A stretch of 63,163 nucleotides of DNA, filler included, from Octopus bimaculoides (taxonomy: Eukaryota): assembly GCF_001194135.2 (NCBI RefSeq). It is 4 parts of 3 records of this genome, joined end to end, with 100 filler letters (N's around TTAATTAATTAA, not from the genome) between each part and the next. Parts side by side here need not be neighbours in the genome. Positions count along the whole stretch, not along the records: positions 1 to 28,068 come from NC_068982.1; 3 more parts are not named here. One strand, given 5' to 3'. How positions within the stretch are numbered: position 1 is the stretch's first letter; each line of letters begins with the position of its first letter. Positions 12,781 through 25,043 of the stretch are shown piece by piece. The notes beneath the pieces are model-generated. The model was not told the DNA's origin. It searched no databases and saw nothing but the letters and a program-made list of their open reading frames with translations. A program made the translations under genes and the position numbers.

Positions 12781-14012
12781 AGGAAAAAAAAAAGTATTCG
12801 GAGTTTCAAACACCCAAACTATTACCATAAATATAAATTCTGTTTTTGCATTTTTCATATTTTGTTTTTTCTGTCCTTCTGAGTAATGGGTGTTAAAATC
12901 GCCGAGTAGAGGGAAAATAAACGATATGCTAACTTCGATTTGATTTCACAAATGTCAATAACCAGATAACTCTAAAGTCCAGATTAACGCCTTTATATGG
13001 ATAGTAAAAACGCCGGCTTTTCTCTATTGGTGTGCAATTGTAGTAAGTAACGGTGTTGATAATAATGATGAAAGTGAATACAGTGATTTTATTGATGATC
13101 ATGATGTTGGTAGTTTTAACGATAGTAGTCGTAGTGGTGATGTTGGTAGCAATATTATGTTATCTTCATAGAATCTCAGTTAAAGTTGTTTACGCGTAGA
13201 TTGCACTACATACACGAAACAAAACACAAGTGATGGCTGTTATTAGCGATAACGAGATACAAAAGGAAAACAGCAATTCTTCATATTCTTCATCTTCATT
13301 TTTGGCTTCTACATTCTCTTTCTCCATGTCCTTCTCCACTGATATTTCATCCATTCTGTTTTTTTCTACCATCCACTGCTTTTATTTTCGTCTCTTTATA
13401 ATTTTCATCACATTAGGTATTAGACACGCCAGAGCCTGAGGTAAAACACCTTCCTAGATTCTGTTACGTCCATTTACTTTCTGGCTTATAAATCACATCT
13501 CAGTGAACATTGTATTTTCGATTTCCGGTTGAAGGTGATTTATTTCCTATTCGCTGGAAATGCTCTCTAAAAAGGATGAACATTGCCACAGAATCTCAGT
13601 CCCTCCTCGGTAAATATGTAGCCATGTTTTTCATTGCATTGTGAAGTTCGTGGACATTAAATCTAATATTCCTAACGCTTTGAAATTTGGAAAAATTTCG
13701 AAAATTTTGGAACCTCCATCTATTCTAGTTGAGGTGTTACCTTAAGGAAAATAAATTAAATTTGTAATTCAAACGCATTTTCTTTCTCTCTAATTTGAAA
13801 ACTGATGTTTAAAGAATGAACTTCGATTTACTAAACAAAAGATTCAATGTTTATTCGATTACTTTTAGTCATAAATGTATAAAGATTTATATTAACGACG
13901 AGTATTTGTCAATTATTACCAATACATTGTTTTTCAGAAGTAATGAGTTACGTTTTCTCTTTATCTAAGTACATAACCAATATTATTTTACACTGAGTAA
14001 ACTCATAAGGAA

Positions 14013-14066
14013 ACACCTGAGTCAATAATTTACACCTGAGTCAATAATTTACACCTGAGTCAATAA
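14013..14066. repeat. 19-bp tandem repeat x ~2.8 (ACACCTGAGTCAATAATTT)
   Basis: Direct reading; units are identical. Confidence 0.95.
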
Positions 14067-14684
14067 AGATGTAATAGTTCACATTAAGTTCTACATAATT
14101 GTTTCATATACGTGAAAATAAAAGTATATCTCTAAAATAATATAAAGCTCAGTATGTGGTCAATACTATAAACAAGGGCTTTCCAACAGCTTCCAATCTT
14201 TAAATATACGCATAAACTCTGGAATTACATCACTAAACCCTGGTCAATATATTGCAATTAAATATCACCTCGCTGTTTCTTTTGTCTTGTCTACTGCTTT
14301 CCACTAATAAACCAGAATCAGCTTTAATCGTCAGCTACGAATTAAATATTGAAAGGCATTGATTTAATCTGCACCACCTAGCGTTCTCTCTCCCTTTCAT
14401 ATTGCATGTGTATGTGAACGTATGTCTTTAAATATAAATTATCTCATTCTTATGCACTTTTAACATATTCTTATACTTGCTTAATTAAGTCATTGACTGC
14501 GGACATGCAGGAGTATAGACATGAAGGGTTTAGTCGGTCAAATAAGTTCTGCCCCAGTACTTCTTTTATAAGTCTCTCTATCTCTCTATCGATTTATCTA
14601 TCTATCACTTTCTATCTCTCCCCTTCTCTGTCTCTATGTCTGTGTGTGTATATATATTTACATGAATGTATGTATATATATATG

Positions 14685-14738
<54 letters not shown>

Positions 14739-14799
14739 TATGTGTGTGTGTGCATACACATATACACACATGTATATTTATATATATTATTGATAACAC

Positions 14800-15115
14800 C
14801 TAGGAGAAGGTGTTTCTGTTCTACTCACCAAAGTGGAAAGAATTTTGACCAGGAAGAGGGGGGTGTCATCGGACAGGAACATCGGCCGTTTCATCCCTGA
14901 ACTCAAACATCATCTCACTGTGTCAGCAGAGATGGCCGAATCACAGCTCATCATCTCCAATTAGCTTCTAGTTTAAGTCTTCTCTCTTGCTGCATAACCA
15001 AATAGAGGCTCTTCCTGCTGCCAGTCCTATCCTCTTTCCTTTCGTTCCAACGACTATAAGCACACTCCATACCGACTGACCAGGAAATCCCCTACGGTCA
15101 ACCTCGAGTTCGAAA
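14800..15115 (-). pseudogene. 3' end of a Hero/NeSL-type (RLE endonuclease) non-LTR element
   Basis: LEVDRRGFPGQSVWSVL..IGLAAGRASIWL resembles the Hero-type 'EVGCRGF..QS.W...AE.AS.WLW'. Confidence 0.6.
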
Positions 15116-15117
15116 AG

Positions 15118-15145
<28 letters not shown>

Positions 15146-15151
<6 letters not shown>

Positions 15152-15572
15152 CATAAATATATAGGGCTTAGCATGAGATGCTTCACCAACATACTGAAAA
15201 TTTAGAAATAGCAGTCAAAGAACTACTGATTCCAAACTACAAATTTTTTCTCTAACGGATGGCGATATCTATGGCACACACAGAACAAAAACAGAAGAGA
15301 AAAGCAAAAACAAACCTGCCTTTAGTTAGCCATGTACGACGTTTCACGGTTAAGAGTATAAAGCTACTCTACTCCGATCATCAGCATGGTGTTCGATAAA
15401 TTTGAAAGTGTCTATATACTCATGGGAATTTGACCATGCGATATCAAAAACACATGAGCAAGGCATTCACAAAATTTGTAGTTTGGAATCAGTAGTTCTT
15501 TGACTGCTATTTCTAAATTTTCAGTATGTTGGTGAAGCATCTCATGCTAAGCCCTATATATTTATGATTATA
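15146..15572. mobile_element. 427 bp element with perfect 102-bp inverted repeats enclosing a hammerhead ribozyme
   Basis: 15146-15247 is the exact reverse complement of 15471-15572; (TA)n on the left flank. Confidence 0.85.
15330..15389 (-). ncRNA. Type I hammerhead ribozyme motif
   Basis: CCATG-CTGATGA-tCGG..GAGTA/TACTC..CCGt-GAAAC-gtc-GTA-CATGG: complete core, 5-bp stem I, extended stem II, ACG-T-CGT stem III; U-U mismatch at 10.1/11.1. Confidence 0.75.
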
Positions 15573-15659
15573 AATGGTTTTACCGATAAAGGTTTTTTTC
15601 ATACTGAACTACTTGGCAAAATTGTTAATTATTAATTTTATTACTAATTGGCAATTCCC

Positions 15660-15699
15660 TGCCCTATATCTGTATATTTATATATATATATATATATAT

Positions 15700-15734
<35 letters not shown>

Positions 15735-15790
15735 CATACATACATACATACATATACATATACATACATAAATACATACATAAATACACA
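15660..15790. repeat. Compound (TA)(GATA)(CATA) microsatellite
   Basis: Direct reading. Confidence 0.95.
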
Positions 15791-15791
15791 C

Positions 15792-16156
15792 GTCTACCAA
15801 ATCCATGCACATGGCTCTGGTCGGCCCGAGGCTATAGTAGAAGGCACTTGCCTAAGGAGCCACGCAGTAGAACTAAACCCAGAACCATGTGGTATTGCAG
15901 CAAACTTCTTACACACAGCCACGCCTGCACCAACACACACACACACACATATATATTTGTACGCAAAGATATGTGTGTGTGCGTGTGTGTGCGCGCCCTA
16001 ACGTAAGACCGTAAACGAATACAAACGATCATTACACAAAAATATTATGTAAGCAAATATAAGAAGTTGACAAATTAAACAATTGGGTTGTAACTGCTGG
16101 AAAGAGGAAAAGCTATACTACAGCTGGACTGACAGTTTATCTATCGACCACGAAGT
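15792..16156 (+). repeat. 365 bp segmental duplicate, copy 2; includes a minus-strand CORE-type SINE head at 15792-15930
   Basis: See 4484-4848; runs directly into a gap. Confidence 0.9.
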
Positions 16157-17150
16157 NNNNNNNNNNNNNNNNNNNNNNNNNNNNNNNNNNNNNNNNNNNN
16201 NNNNNNNNNNNNNNNNNNNNNNNNNNNNNNNNNNNNNNNNNNNNNNNNNNNNNNNNNNNNNNNNNNNNNNNNNNNNNNNNNNNNNNNNNNNNNNNNNNNN
16301 NNNNNNNNNNNNNNNNNNNNNNNNNNNNNNNNNNNNNNNNNNNNNNNNNNNNNNNNNNNNNNNNNNNNNNNNNNNNNNNNNNNNNNNNNNNNNNNNNNNN
16401 NNNNNNNNNNNNNNNNNNNNNNNNNNNNNNNNNNNNNNNNNNNNNNNNNNNNNNNNNNNNNNNNNNNNNNNNNNNNNNNNNNNNNNNNNNNNNNNNNNNN
16501 NNNNNNNNNNNNNNNNNNNNNNNNNNNNNNNNNNNNNNNNNNNNNNNNNNNNNNNNNNNNNNNNNNNNNNNNNNNNNNNNNNNNNNNNNNNNNNNNNNNN
16601 NNNNNNNNNNNNNNNNNNNNNNNNNNNNNNNNNNNNNNNNNNNNNNNNNNNNNNNNNNNNNNNNNNNNNNNNNNNNNNNNNNNNNNNNNNNNNNNNNNNN
16701 NNNNNNNNNNNNNNNNNNNNNNNNNNNNNNNNNNNNNNNNNNNNNNNNNNNNNNNNNNNNNNNNNNNNNNNNNNNNNNNNNNNNNNNNNNNNNNNNNNNN
16801 NNNNNNNNNNNNNNNNNNNNNNNNNNNNNNNNNNNNNNNNNNNNNNNNNNNNNNNNNNNNNNNNNNNNNNNNNNNNNNNNNNNNNNNNNNNNNNNNNNNN
16901 NNNNNNNNNNNNNNNNNNNNNNNNNNNNNNNNNNNNNNNNNNNNNNNNNNNNNNNNNNNNNNNNNNNNNNNNNNNNNNNNNNNNNNNNNNNNNNNNNNNN
17001 NNNNNNNNNNNNNNNNNNNNNNNNNNNNNNNNNNNNNNNNNNNNNNNNNNNNNNNNNNNNNNNNNNNNNNNNNNNNNNNNNNNNNNNNNNNNNNNNNNNN
17101 NNNNNNNNNNNNNNNNNNNNNNNNNNNNNNNNNNNNNNNNNNNNNNNNNN

Positions 17151-18082
17151 AGAAGTACTGTCTCGAAAGTAATGACAACTTTGATAAAGAGGAGAAAAAT
17201 CTCCTCGGCAAAACAAAACTCCGGTTTCTTACGCAAATTCTAAGAAAGGATCACAAAAGAACAACTCCCAAAATTTCTGTACAACTTAATGACTACTTCG
17301 AGAACCCAGTTTCCACAAAACTGTTCACTGGGAACAGCACAAAGCCGGATTTCACGGGAGGGCTGCAATTAGAAAACAAAATCAAACGTTGCAAAATGTT
17401 TAGAGTGGAGTTAAAACCAACAGAATTGGACTCTAAAGCAGTGGAAGTATATTATCTTTTCGGACGAATCATCCTTTACCTTATTTCCGATCACCGACTA
17501 AGTATACGTGTGGAGACAGATAAAAGAATCATTTGACCCAGACTGCCCAACAATTAAACATGGAGGAGGACCTATGATGTTCTGGAGGGCTATATCTTGA
17601 AAATCTGCCGGCCCAATGGTTTCCCTTCATGGCAGAATTAATAGTCAAGACTATTTAAGCATTTTATCTGATCAAATTCATCCTATGGTTGCGGAACTGT
17701 TTCCGGAGGGAAACGCAATCTTTCAGGATGATAATGCACCAATTTAAACAACTAAAGTTGTTACTGAATGTTACGAGGAACATTCTAGTGAAGTTGAACA
17801 TCATATCTGCCCACCACAGTCCCCAGATCTCAATATTATTGAACATTTATGGTGCATTTTAGAAAAACAAATGAGGAGTCGATATCTTCTACCATCATCA
17901 CAACAAGACCTGGAGACTATTTTAGCTGAAGAATGGACAATAATTCCTTTGGAAACAATTCAAACTTTGTACGAGTCTTTACCTCATTCAAGCTGCGATT
18001 ACTGCCAAAGTCGATCCTACCCTATATTAAAATAAATTTGTTTGAAATTTTAAGGTGTTTCCATTATTTTGCCCAACTCCTG
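17151..18082 (+). mobile_element. Tc1-family DNA transposon, decayed; 5' end lost in gap
   Basis: RSTVSKVM; IFSDES; GGPMMFW; FQDDNAP; QSPDLNIIEHLWCIL; terminus ..TTATTTTGCCCAACTCCTG followed by TA. Confidence 0.85.
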
Positions 18083-18959
18083 TACACACACACACACACG
18101 CACACACAGACACACGGACATATATATACATTTATACATATGCNNNNNNNNNNNNNNNNNNNNNNNNNNNNNNNNNNNNNNNNNNNNNNNNNNNNNNNNN
18201 NNNNNNNNNNNNNNNNNNNNNNNNNNNNNNNNNNNNNNNNNNNNNNNNNNNNNNNNNNNNNNNNNNNNNNNNNNNNNNNNNNNNNNNNNNNNNNNNNNNN
18301 NNNNNNNNNNNNNNNNNNNNNNNNNNNNNNNNNNNNNNNNNNNNNNNNNNNNNNNNNNNNNNNNNNNNNNNNNNNNNNNNNNNNNNNNNNNNNNNNNNNN
18401 NNNNNNNNNNNNNNNNNNNNNNNNNNNNNNNNNNNNNNNNNNNNNNNNNNNNNNNNNNNNNNNNNNNNNNNNNNNNNNNNNNNNNNNNNNNNNNNNNNNN
18501 NNNNNNNNNNNNNNNNNNNNNNNNNNNNNNNNNNNNNNNNNNNNNNNNNNNNNNNNNNNNNNNNNNNNNNNNNNNNNNNNNNNNNNNNNNNNNNNNNNNN
18601 NNNNNNNNNNNNNNNNNNNNNNNNNNNNNNNNNNNNNNNNNNNNNNNNNNNNNNNNNNNNNNNNNNNNNNNNNNNNNNNNNNNNNNNNNNNNNNNNNNNN
18701 NNNNNNNNNNNNNNNNNNNNNNNNNNNNNNNNNNNNNNNNNNNNNNNNNNNNNNNNNNNNNNNNNNNNNNNNNNNNNNNNNNNNNNNNNNNNNNNNNNNN
18801 NNNNNNNNNNNNNNNNNNNNNNNNNNNNNNNNNNNNNNNNNNNNNNNNNNNNNNNNNNNNNNNNNNNNNNNNNNNNNNNNNNNNNNNNNNNNNNNNNNNN
18901 NNNNNNNNNNNNNNNNNNNNNNNNNNNNNNNNNNNNNNNNNNNNNNNNNNNNNNNNNNN

Positions 18960-19322
18960 TGGTCCCGGGTTCAGTCCCACTGCGTGGCATCTTGGGTAAG
19001 TGTCTTCTACTATAGCCTCGGGCCGACCAAAGCCTTGTGAGTGGATTTGGTAGACGGAAACTGATAGAAGCCTGTCGTATATATGTATATATATATTTAT
19101 GTGTGTGTGTGTTTGTGTGTCTGTGTTTGTCCCCCCAACATCGCTTGACAACCGATGCTGGTGTGTTTATGTCCCCGTAACTTAGCGGTTCGGCAAAAGA
19201 GACCGATAGAATAAGTACTAGGCTTCCAAAGAACAAGTCCTTGGGTCAATTTGCTCGACTAAAGGCGGTGCTCCAGCATGGCCACAGTCAAAAAGACTGA
19301 AACAAGTAAAAGAGTAAAAGAG
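18960..19322 (+). mobile_element. tRNA/CORE-type SINE with internal (TA/TG) tract
   Basis: GGGTTCAGTCCC B-box-like, CORE-like CTTGGGTAAGTGTCTT, tail GACTGAAACAAGTAAAAGAGTAAAAGAG. Confidence 0.85.
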
Positions 19323-19324
19323 TA

Positions 19325-19640
19325 TACATATACCCCTCAGACAGTTTCCGTCCACTAAGTCTACTCACAAGGCTTTAATCGGCCCTGGGTTATAGGACAA
19401 GACATTTGCTCGAGATGTCACGCTGGGTACTGATTCCGGAAACAATGACGTTGGAAACAAGCCTCTTTTTATATATGACAGGTTTTACTCATCTTCGTCA
19501 ACCAAATTCACTCACAATCTTACAAGGAATTTGTCGGCTTATGTTTCTGCTAAAAGACACTTGCCCAAGGTGTTATGCTGTGGGGTTGAACCCGAAACTA
19601 TGTGGCTGCAAAGCAAACTGCTAGTCACACAGTCTTGCTT
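19325..19640 (-). mobile_element. Two diverged minus-strand CORE-type SINE heads
   Basis: AAGACATTTGCTCGAG and AAGACACTTGCCCAAGG are the reverse complement of the CORE motif. Confidence 0.65.
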
Positions 19641-20109
19641 GCTTGATGGTAAATAATCAAAATGTGATACTGACGTACAGCGATGTGTAGAAATGTCTAC
19701 TAAAGAATGTGTTCCAGCTGCAAAGTGGACAGTTCTCGTCTCGCTTGACATGTCAAATAAAAGCCGTCTATTGCAACAGTTAAACGTACATCTACAGCTT
19801 ACGTCTGACAGTACAACTCACCAATGGTGTTACAAGTAATCATGTGGTTCTTGCCAACGTTGAGATTCAAATTCTATAACATTGTTGCGAAACATTATAA
19901 GCAGGAAGTTTTGGAGCAGAGACAATTTTCTCTAAGGGTGTTGAGAGACTGACAAATATTTCCGGAGAAAACTAACAAAAGTTCAAATAACGCCGATCTC
20001 AACTTTGGCCTAAACACTTTCGAACACGATAAGTGTCAATTCTGTATTGAATCTATTCCTCTATTTCTTTTCACCCATGTCTCCCCTCTCGCTTCACCTT
20101 ATTTTCTTT

Positions 20110-20184
20110 CAGTCTCTCTTTCTTTCTCTCTTTCTTCTCTCTTTCTTTCTCTCTTTCTTCTCTCTTTCTCTCTCTCTCTCGCTC

Positions 20185-20226
<42 letters not shown>

Positions 20227-20227
20227 C

Positions 20228-20271
<44 letters not shown>

Positions 20272-20305
20272 GTCTGTCTATCTGTCTATTTGTCTGTCTC
20301 TTTTT
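20110..20305. repeat. (CT)n/(CTAT)n microsatellite
   Basis: Direct reading. Confidence 0.95.
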
Positions 20306-20406
20306 CTTTCTGTTTCGTACATGGAATCGATCGTGTCTAAGACAAACTGTCTGTCACGAAGGTGCCCCTTAAAATTCCATCAGGGATTGAACGTCAGAGA
20401 ATGGCT

Positions 20407-20445
<39 letters not shown>

Positions 20446-20769
20446 TGAAAATTATGAAGTTCCACAAAATCAAATTGACTGAACAAGTTGATCCTTAACT
20501 CCGTTTCTTTTTCTTCTCTAATCAGGAAAATATAATGCACGTATTTGGCTTAGCATAAATATTATATTATATCAATGTCATTCAAGTAGATTTAGTTCAC
20601 TAATTACATTCCCTCAAAACTGTTGGCCGTGTGCCCTTCTTCATATATACATAATTAATTCTATGCAGGGGGTTATATTTTGTTGTACTTTAGAATGGAC
20701 ATATTTTTATATGACATGACTGATCTTGATTATTGGTCATTGAAACTTTATTGTCTCTAACACCGCTGT

Positions 20770-21090
20770 GAGTACTACCTGATTTGCACCACGTGGAGGA
20801 TATACCATCATCATTGCTCAAACGACCTTTACATCAAATTCAGAATGTATTCAGAAAGGATGGGGCCACATGTCACATGGGGCTACACTATTCAATCACA
20901 CAACACAATTTTCCCTAACAGACCCTGCTCTACTTAACATTATCCCGAAATAAACAAGAGGAAAAGATTTCATTATCTTCAAACGATATCTGGACAAGTT
21001 TCTTCAAGGTATTCCAGACAAACCACTTATACCTGCATACATTTCAGTCAACAACTCCCTACTGGAATGGGCCATGATATCACAAAACTT
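20770..21090 (+). pseudogene. CR1-like LINE 3' end
   Basis: ..PALLNIIPK..KDFIIFKRYLDKFLQGIPDKPLIPAYISVNNSLLEWA resembles the CR1-group 'LFN.LP..FK..LDKFL..IPD.P..P.Y..NSL..W'. Confidence 0.6.
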
Positions 21091-22180
21091 GACTTAAATA
21101 TGACTTAAGAGATTCTGTCAGATGATGCTATTAAGTTAGATATGACCGGGACCAATTTTGGGGACTAAGTTTATCCAACATAGTATCTCCGACTAAAGCT
21201 TATTCTGACAAAACGTGTTTAGCTGATAGTTGCTGCGTCAAACGAATAACATTTTATTGTATATTTCGTTTTCTTATAGAACCTTTTGTCGTACTTAATT
21301 TTTCTCGAAACTCTGAACAGTATGTATGAGGTACTCAGCAGTATTAATACATGTATTCAGGTAATCTGCACTTTTCTGTGAATACTATATATACAATACT
21401 ATTCATCGTATATTAACATGGCGGTTCATTTCTAATCATAATGAAAATTTTCGCAGTAATCAACACCAACCAAGACATGAAGCGCCCATTAATCATATAA
21501 TCCATATAAGTATATCAAATAATTCGTATAGATTAACGAGTAAAATACAATAGGTACCGAAGACCTTTTGAATCATATATTCCTTAAGCTTTTAAATTTT
21601 CTTATCGCAACCCGAGTACTATTGGGTATATATGCTTAATGTTTCTGTTCTCACTACCTCAACAAATACAGTAATGAATATATTTCAACAATGAAGTTGA
21701 AATAAAAGAGAAATCTTTTTTCTTCCTCACTGCCTAACTACATTCCTAGCGGTAAATAGGTTAATACTCACTTTCCACAGTAAATGTTATTTTCACAAAC
21801 AACGCACAAGAACCGAATTAGCTCTTCTACAAGGAGAAGAATGATAAACTAATGAAAAAGAAAATACTTTAATAATTAACACACATAGAAGAAACTGCAT
21901 GACAGTTTTTCCAACAGTGTAGACAATTCAAGTTTATTGTTTGGTTGCGCTGAATTTTTCCTTGGGCTTTTATAAATAAAGCTATGAAAGGACCGACTTA
22001 AACAAGAGGATTGGACATGTGGCTTCCTAAATAAAACGTAATGGTCAAAAGGGACCCATCTGAAAAGTTTACATTAAATTAAATAACATTCTTCGACCCA
22101 TTTGACTCCTTATTATGTTTGACACCAAAATGTATATTTTGCTTGTTATTAAGATAAATAGATAAACAGATAGATTGATC

Positions 22181-22211
<31 letters not shown>

Positions 22212-22469
22212 TGTATGGTCGTACCTATCATATAGACCTTCACTTTTAGCCATGATATTCAAGAAATCATCACACTCTACATGGGAAGAAACAATAAGTG
22301 CTTTACCAGAAATAAATGTGACATTGGACTTTGGTATATGTGCAGACATGTTTTTATATTTTCAATTATTAAACAATCTTATAAATAAAACCACTTTAGT
22401 GGTAATGCTATGAATACACTTTTCATAGTTAATTATTTTCTACCGTCAATATTTCTTTCTAATTTAGGT

Positions 22470-22680
22470 AAAGGACTGCAATTTTGAGGGTTAACAGGAA
22501 AGCGATTACGTCGACCCAAGTATTTGATTTGTACTTTATCTCATCGACTCCAAAGGGACAAAAAAAGCAAAGTTGACTCCGACACGATTTGAACTAGGTA
22601 TGGCGAGAGTAGGAAGCCTGAGAGTAATTTGTTTGACGTACTGACAATCCTACCAGCATGCCACCTCAACTGCCAACTAA
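22470..22680 (-). mobile_element. SINE (GGCGAGCTGGCAGAA family), diverged
   Basis: GATTACGTCGACCC, ATCGACTCCAAAGG and AAGTTGAC are reverse-complement family motifs. Confidence 0.6.
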
Positions 22681-23879
22681 TATTTGAAAAAAATCTATTC
22701 TTTTTTTAGTTACTTCTTTTAACGTATAAGTGCATTTTGATAGGCCTTGACAAATATCTTCGCAAAGGCTTTCAACAAATTTTTATAGAAGAATTTGATT
22801 AAAACTTTTATAGAGGTTCATTATCAAACTGACTGATGTCTATGTGGAATCTATAATTCATGCCAAGTCATATTTATCAGGAGCTAAGTAACCACACCTG
22901 AGTGGTATAGACACTTACCAAAAACAACCTGAAGATTGGAACTAGTATCTCCAGGTAGCGACTACATTAATTCAACTCAAATCTGAGTCAATATTATATT
23001 ACACAAACGCACACATAAGAAGACGAGAAAACGTTTAGGGTCTCCTTTAACTTTCGGCATAAGTGGAATAATGACACTGCCAATAGATACCAAACTTGCT
23101 TCCGCATATAACTACTTCATAAATCTGTAATGCAACTGTATAGTACTTAAAGCAGACAATTAGATAACAGCTTTCCAAAGCATCTAAGAGATCCAGTTAA
23201 ACTGACTGCAACAACGTTGTATGAACTATAAGTTATAACAAGACACATACATACCCTCGTAAATATGTCTTCAGGTGTTTGTGCCCATCTGTGCTCATAT
23301 ATGATGATAATTGTTTACGTATTTGCTATCTATATTGTTTACAGCAATATCTTACTGCCGTGAGGCAAATTCCAAAGTTTGAGAGAGGAGAAGCTTAACA
23401 TTACCTCTAGAGAAAAACCGAAAGTATTCTATATCGAACGACAGTCTTTTTAAAACATTTGCATGTGAGTTGATTTCTTCGTTGTAATTTACAGATTCAA
23501 AGAAAAAGTTTCAGTTAATTCTAAACCAATTTTCTACGTCATTCGACAGTGAGGAGACTATGTGTTTCGCGCTTCGTTTGTATCGTACAAGTTATAGCTA
23601 TACCAGATTACAGCTTCAGAAATTCAATGCATTGAGTTTTACTATACTTTATAATTCGCTTTAGTATTTCTTTTGGAATCTATTTTTCTATATGCATATT
23701 ACTGTTAAATGTTTAAGGGACTAAACAATAAACAGTTGTATACGTCAAGTTGTTTGTTTTGATCAGTGTTTTCAGAATATACCCTTATCTATAAATATCA
23801 CCCACAATATTCACGCTAGTTATGCAATTTGTTTATGAATAAAATGCAATTTCCCGCATATTTTATTACTGTTTTTATT

Positions 23880-24800
23880 GACAGCGTACTGCCATGTGAG
23901 AGATATTTTGAAGTTTGAAAGAGAAAAGAGTTTGTGTGTAACCCCTACGAAGGAATCCTAACCCGATGAGTGGGGTTTTGTAGCTCGCAATGAAAAATCT
24001 AGTGTGTGCCTGGTCTTCGAAAGTGAATACGAAGTAGATTGAGTTGCCAAGGTAGTGCACCAAACATTTGTCCACAGGCTTGTCTTCGTAGTATATGGAA
24101 AATATATTGGAATGTTAATCTTTGGATTGTCATGAACTTTGAAGCACAGTATGGCAAGGTTGTTAGCACCTAGATCAGGGGTCTTCAAAGCGGTCGTTAT
24201 CAACCCCTGGGGGTGGATGGGACAATTCAAGGGGTGTCGATAAATGCACATCTATTTAATTATTACTATTAATTTATTTTCATGTACATGCCAGGGTGTC
24301 TATGAGGGTTCAAGGATTCCATGAAGGAGTCGATGGTCTAAAAAGTTTGGGGTCTCCTGGCCTTGATGATCAAAAAGGATATGTAATCAGGTTGGGTCTC
24401 CATTGGCCTTCGGGTCTTTATTACTCATGACTATCACAAATATATACAGGTATGCCCCATGAGAGGTGCAAAAAGATAAGCGATATGACAGAGGGGTGGT
24501 CAAGACAGAAATCCCAACTATTACATATGTGAAAGTAGCACATGTCCTTCTGCTCTGAAGATCAAGGAGAGAGACAGTCAGACAGACAGACAAACAGACA
24601 GACGGTGAGATAATCAGTAACAACGTAAACAGAACCTAGATGCTGTTGTTTCCAATATACCATCCGTTGCACCTTCGAAAAGACTCGCCACGCCTTCAGT
24701 GCCAGAAATCCAAAAGCGGGAAACAAACGACGAAGAAGTGGAGGACCAAAAGGCTGAGGCAACTTTTCTTGCTAGTAATACCAGCCTTTCATCATGTGAC
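23880..24800 (+). pseudogene. Possible LINE ORF1 (gag-like) remnant, interrupted by a hAT MITE and a microsatellite
   Basis: Long low-stop stretches; ..QYGKVVS.. and PNYYICESSTCPSA resemble ORF1 'YG.V.SI' and a decayed zinc knuckle. Confidence 0.35.
24176..24359. mobile_element. hAT-type MITE (184 bp)
   Basis: Termini CAGGGGTCTTCAAA..TTTGGGGTCTCCTG; 8-bp flanks ACCTAGAT / GCCTTGAT (6/8 match) as putative TSD. Confidence 0.65.
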
Positions 24801-25043
24801 ATTGGGTAACTATTGCTATATGGACAGTGTAACACGCCCTTGGAAGGATAAAAATACAAAAACAAAAAAAAATAAATAAAACTAATGATCCAAATTTTTG
24901 ATGTACAAAACACATGAAAGGAACCACATCCAGCCACGGGACATGAGAAGCACAGACATGCGAAACGTTAGTGGACTCAGGAACAGTATTGCTCCAAACT
25001 GAACATTTGGTAATGTAAATAGGAAGAATAATAAAAAAATTCA

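Noticed and set aside
13190-13372. 60 aa acidic plus hydrophobic ORF resembling a membrane peptide
   Set aside because: Low-complexity GAA-rich origin, no homology or splice evidence I can support
13520-13740. Possible Tc1/mariner HTH remnant (FREHF..PS)
   Set aside because: Too short and degenerate to call
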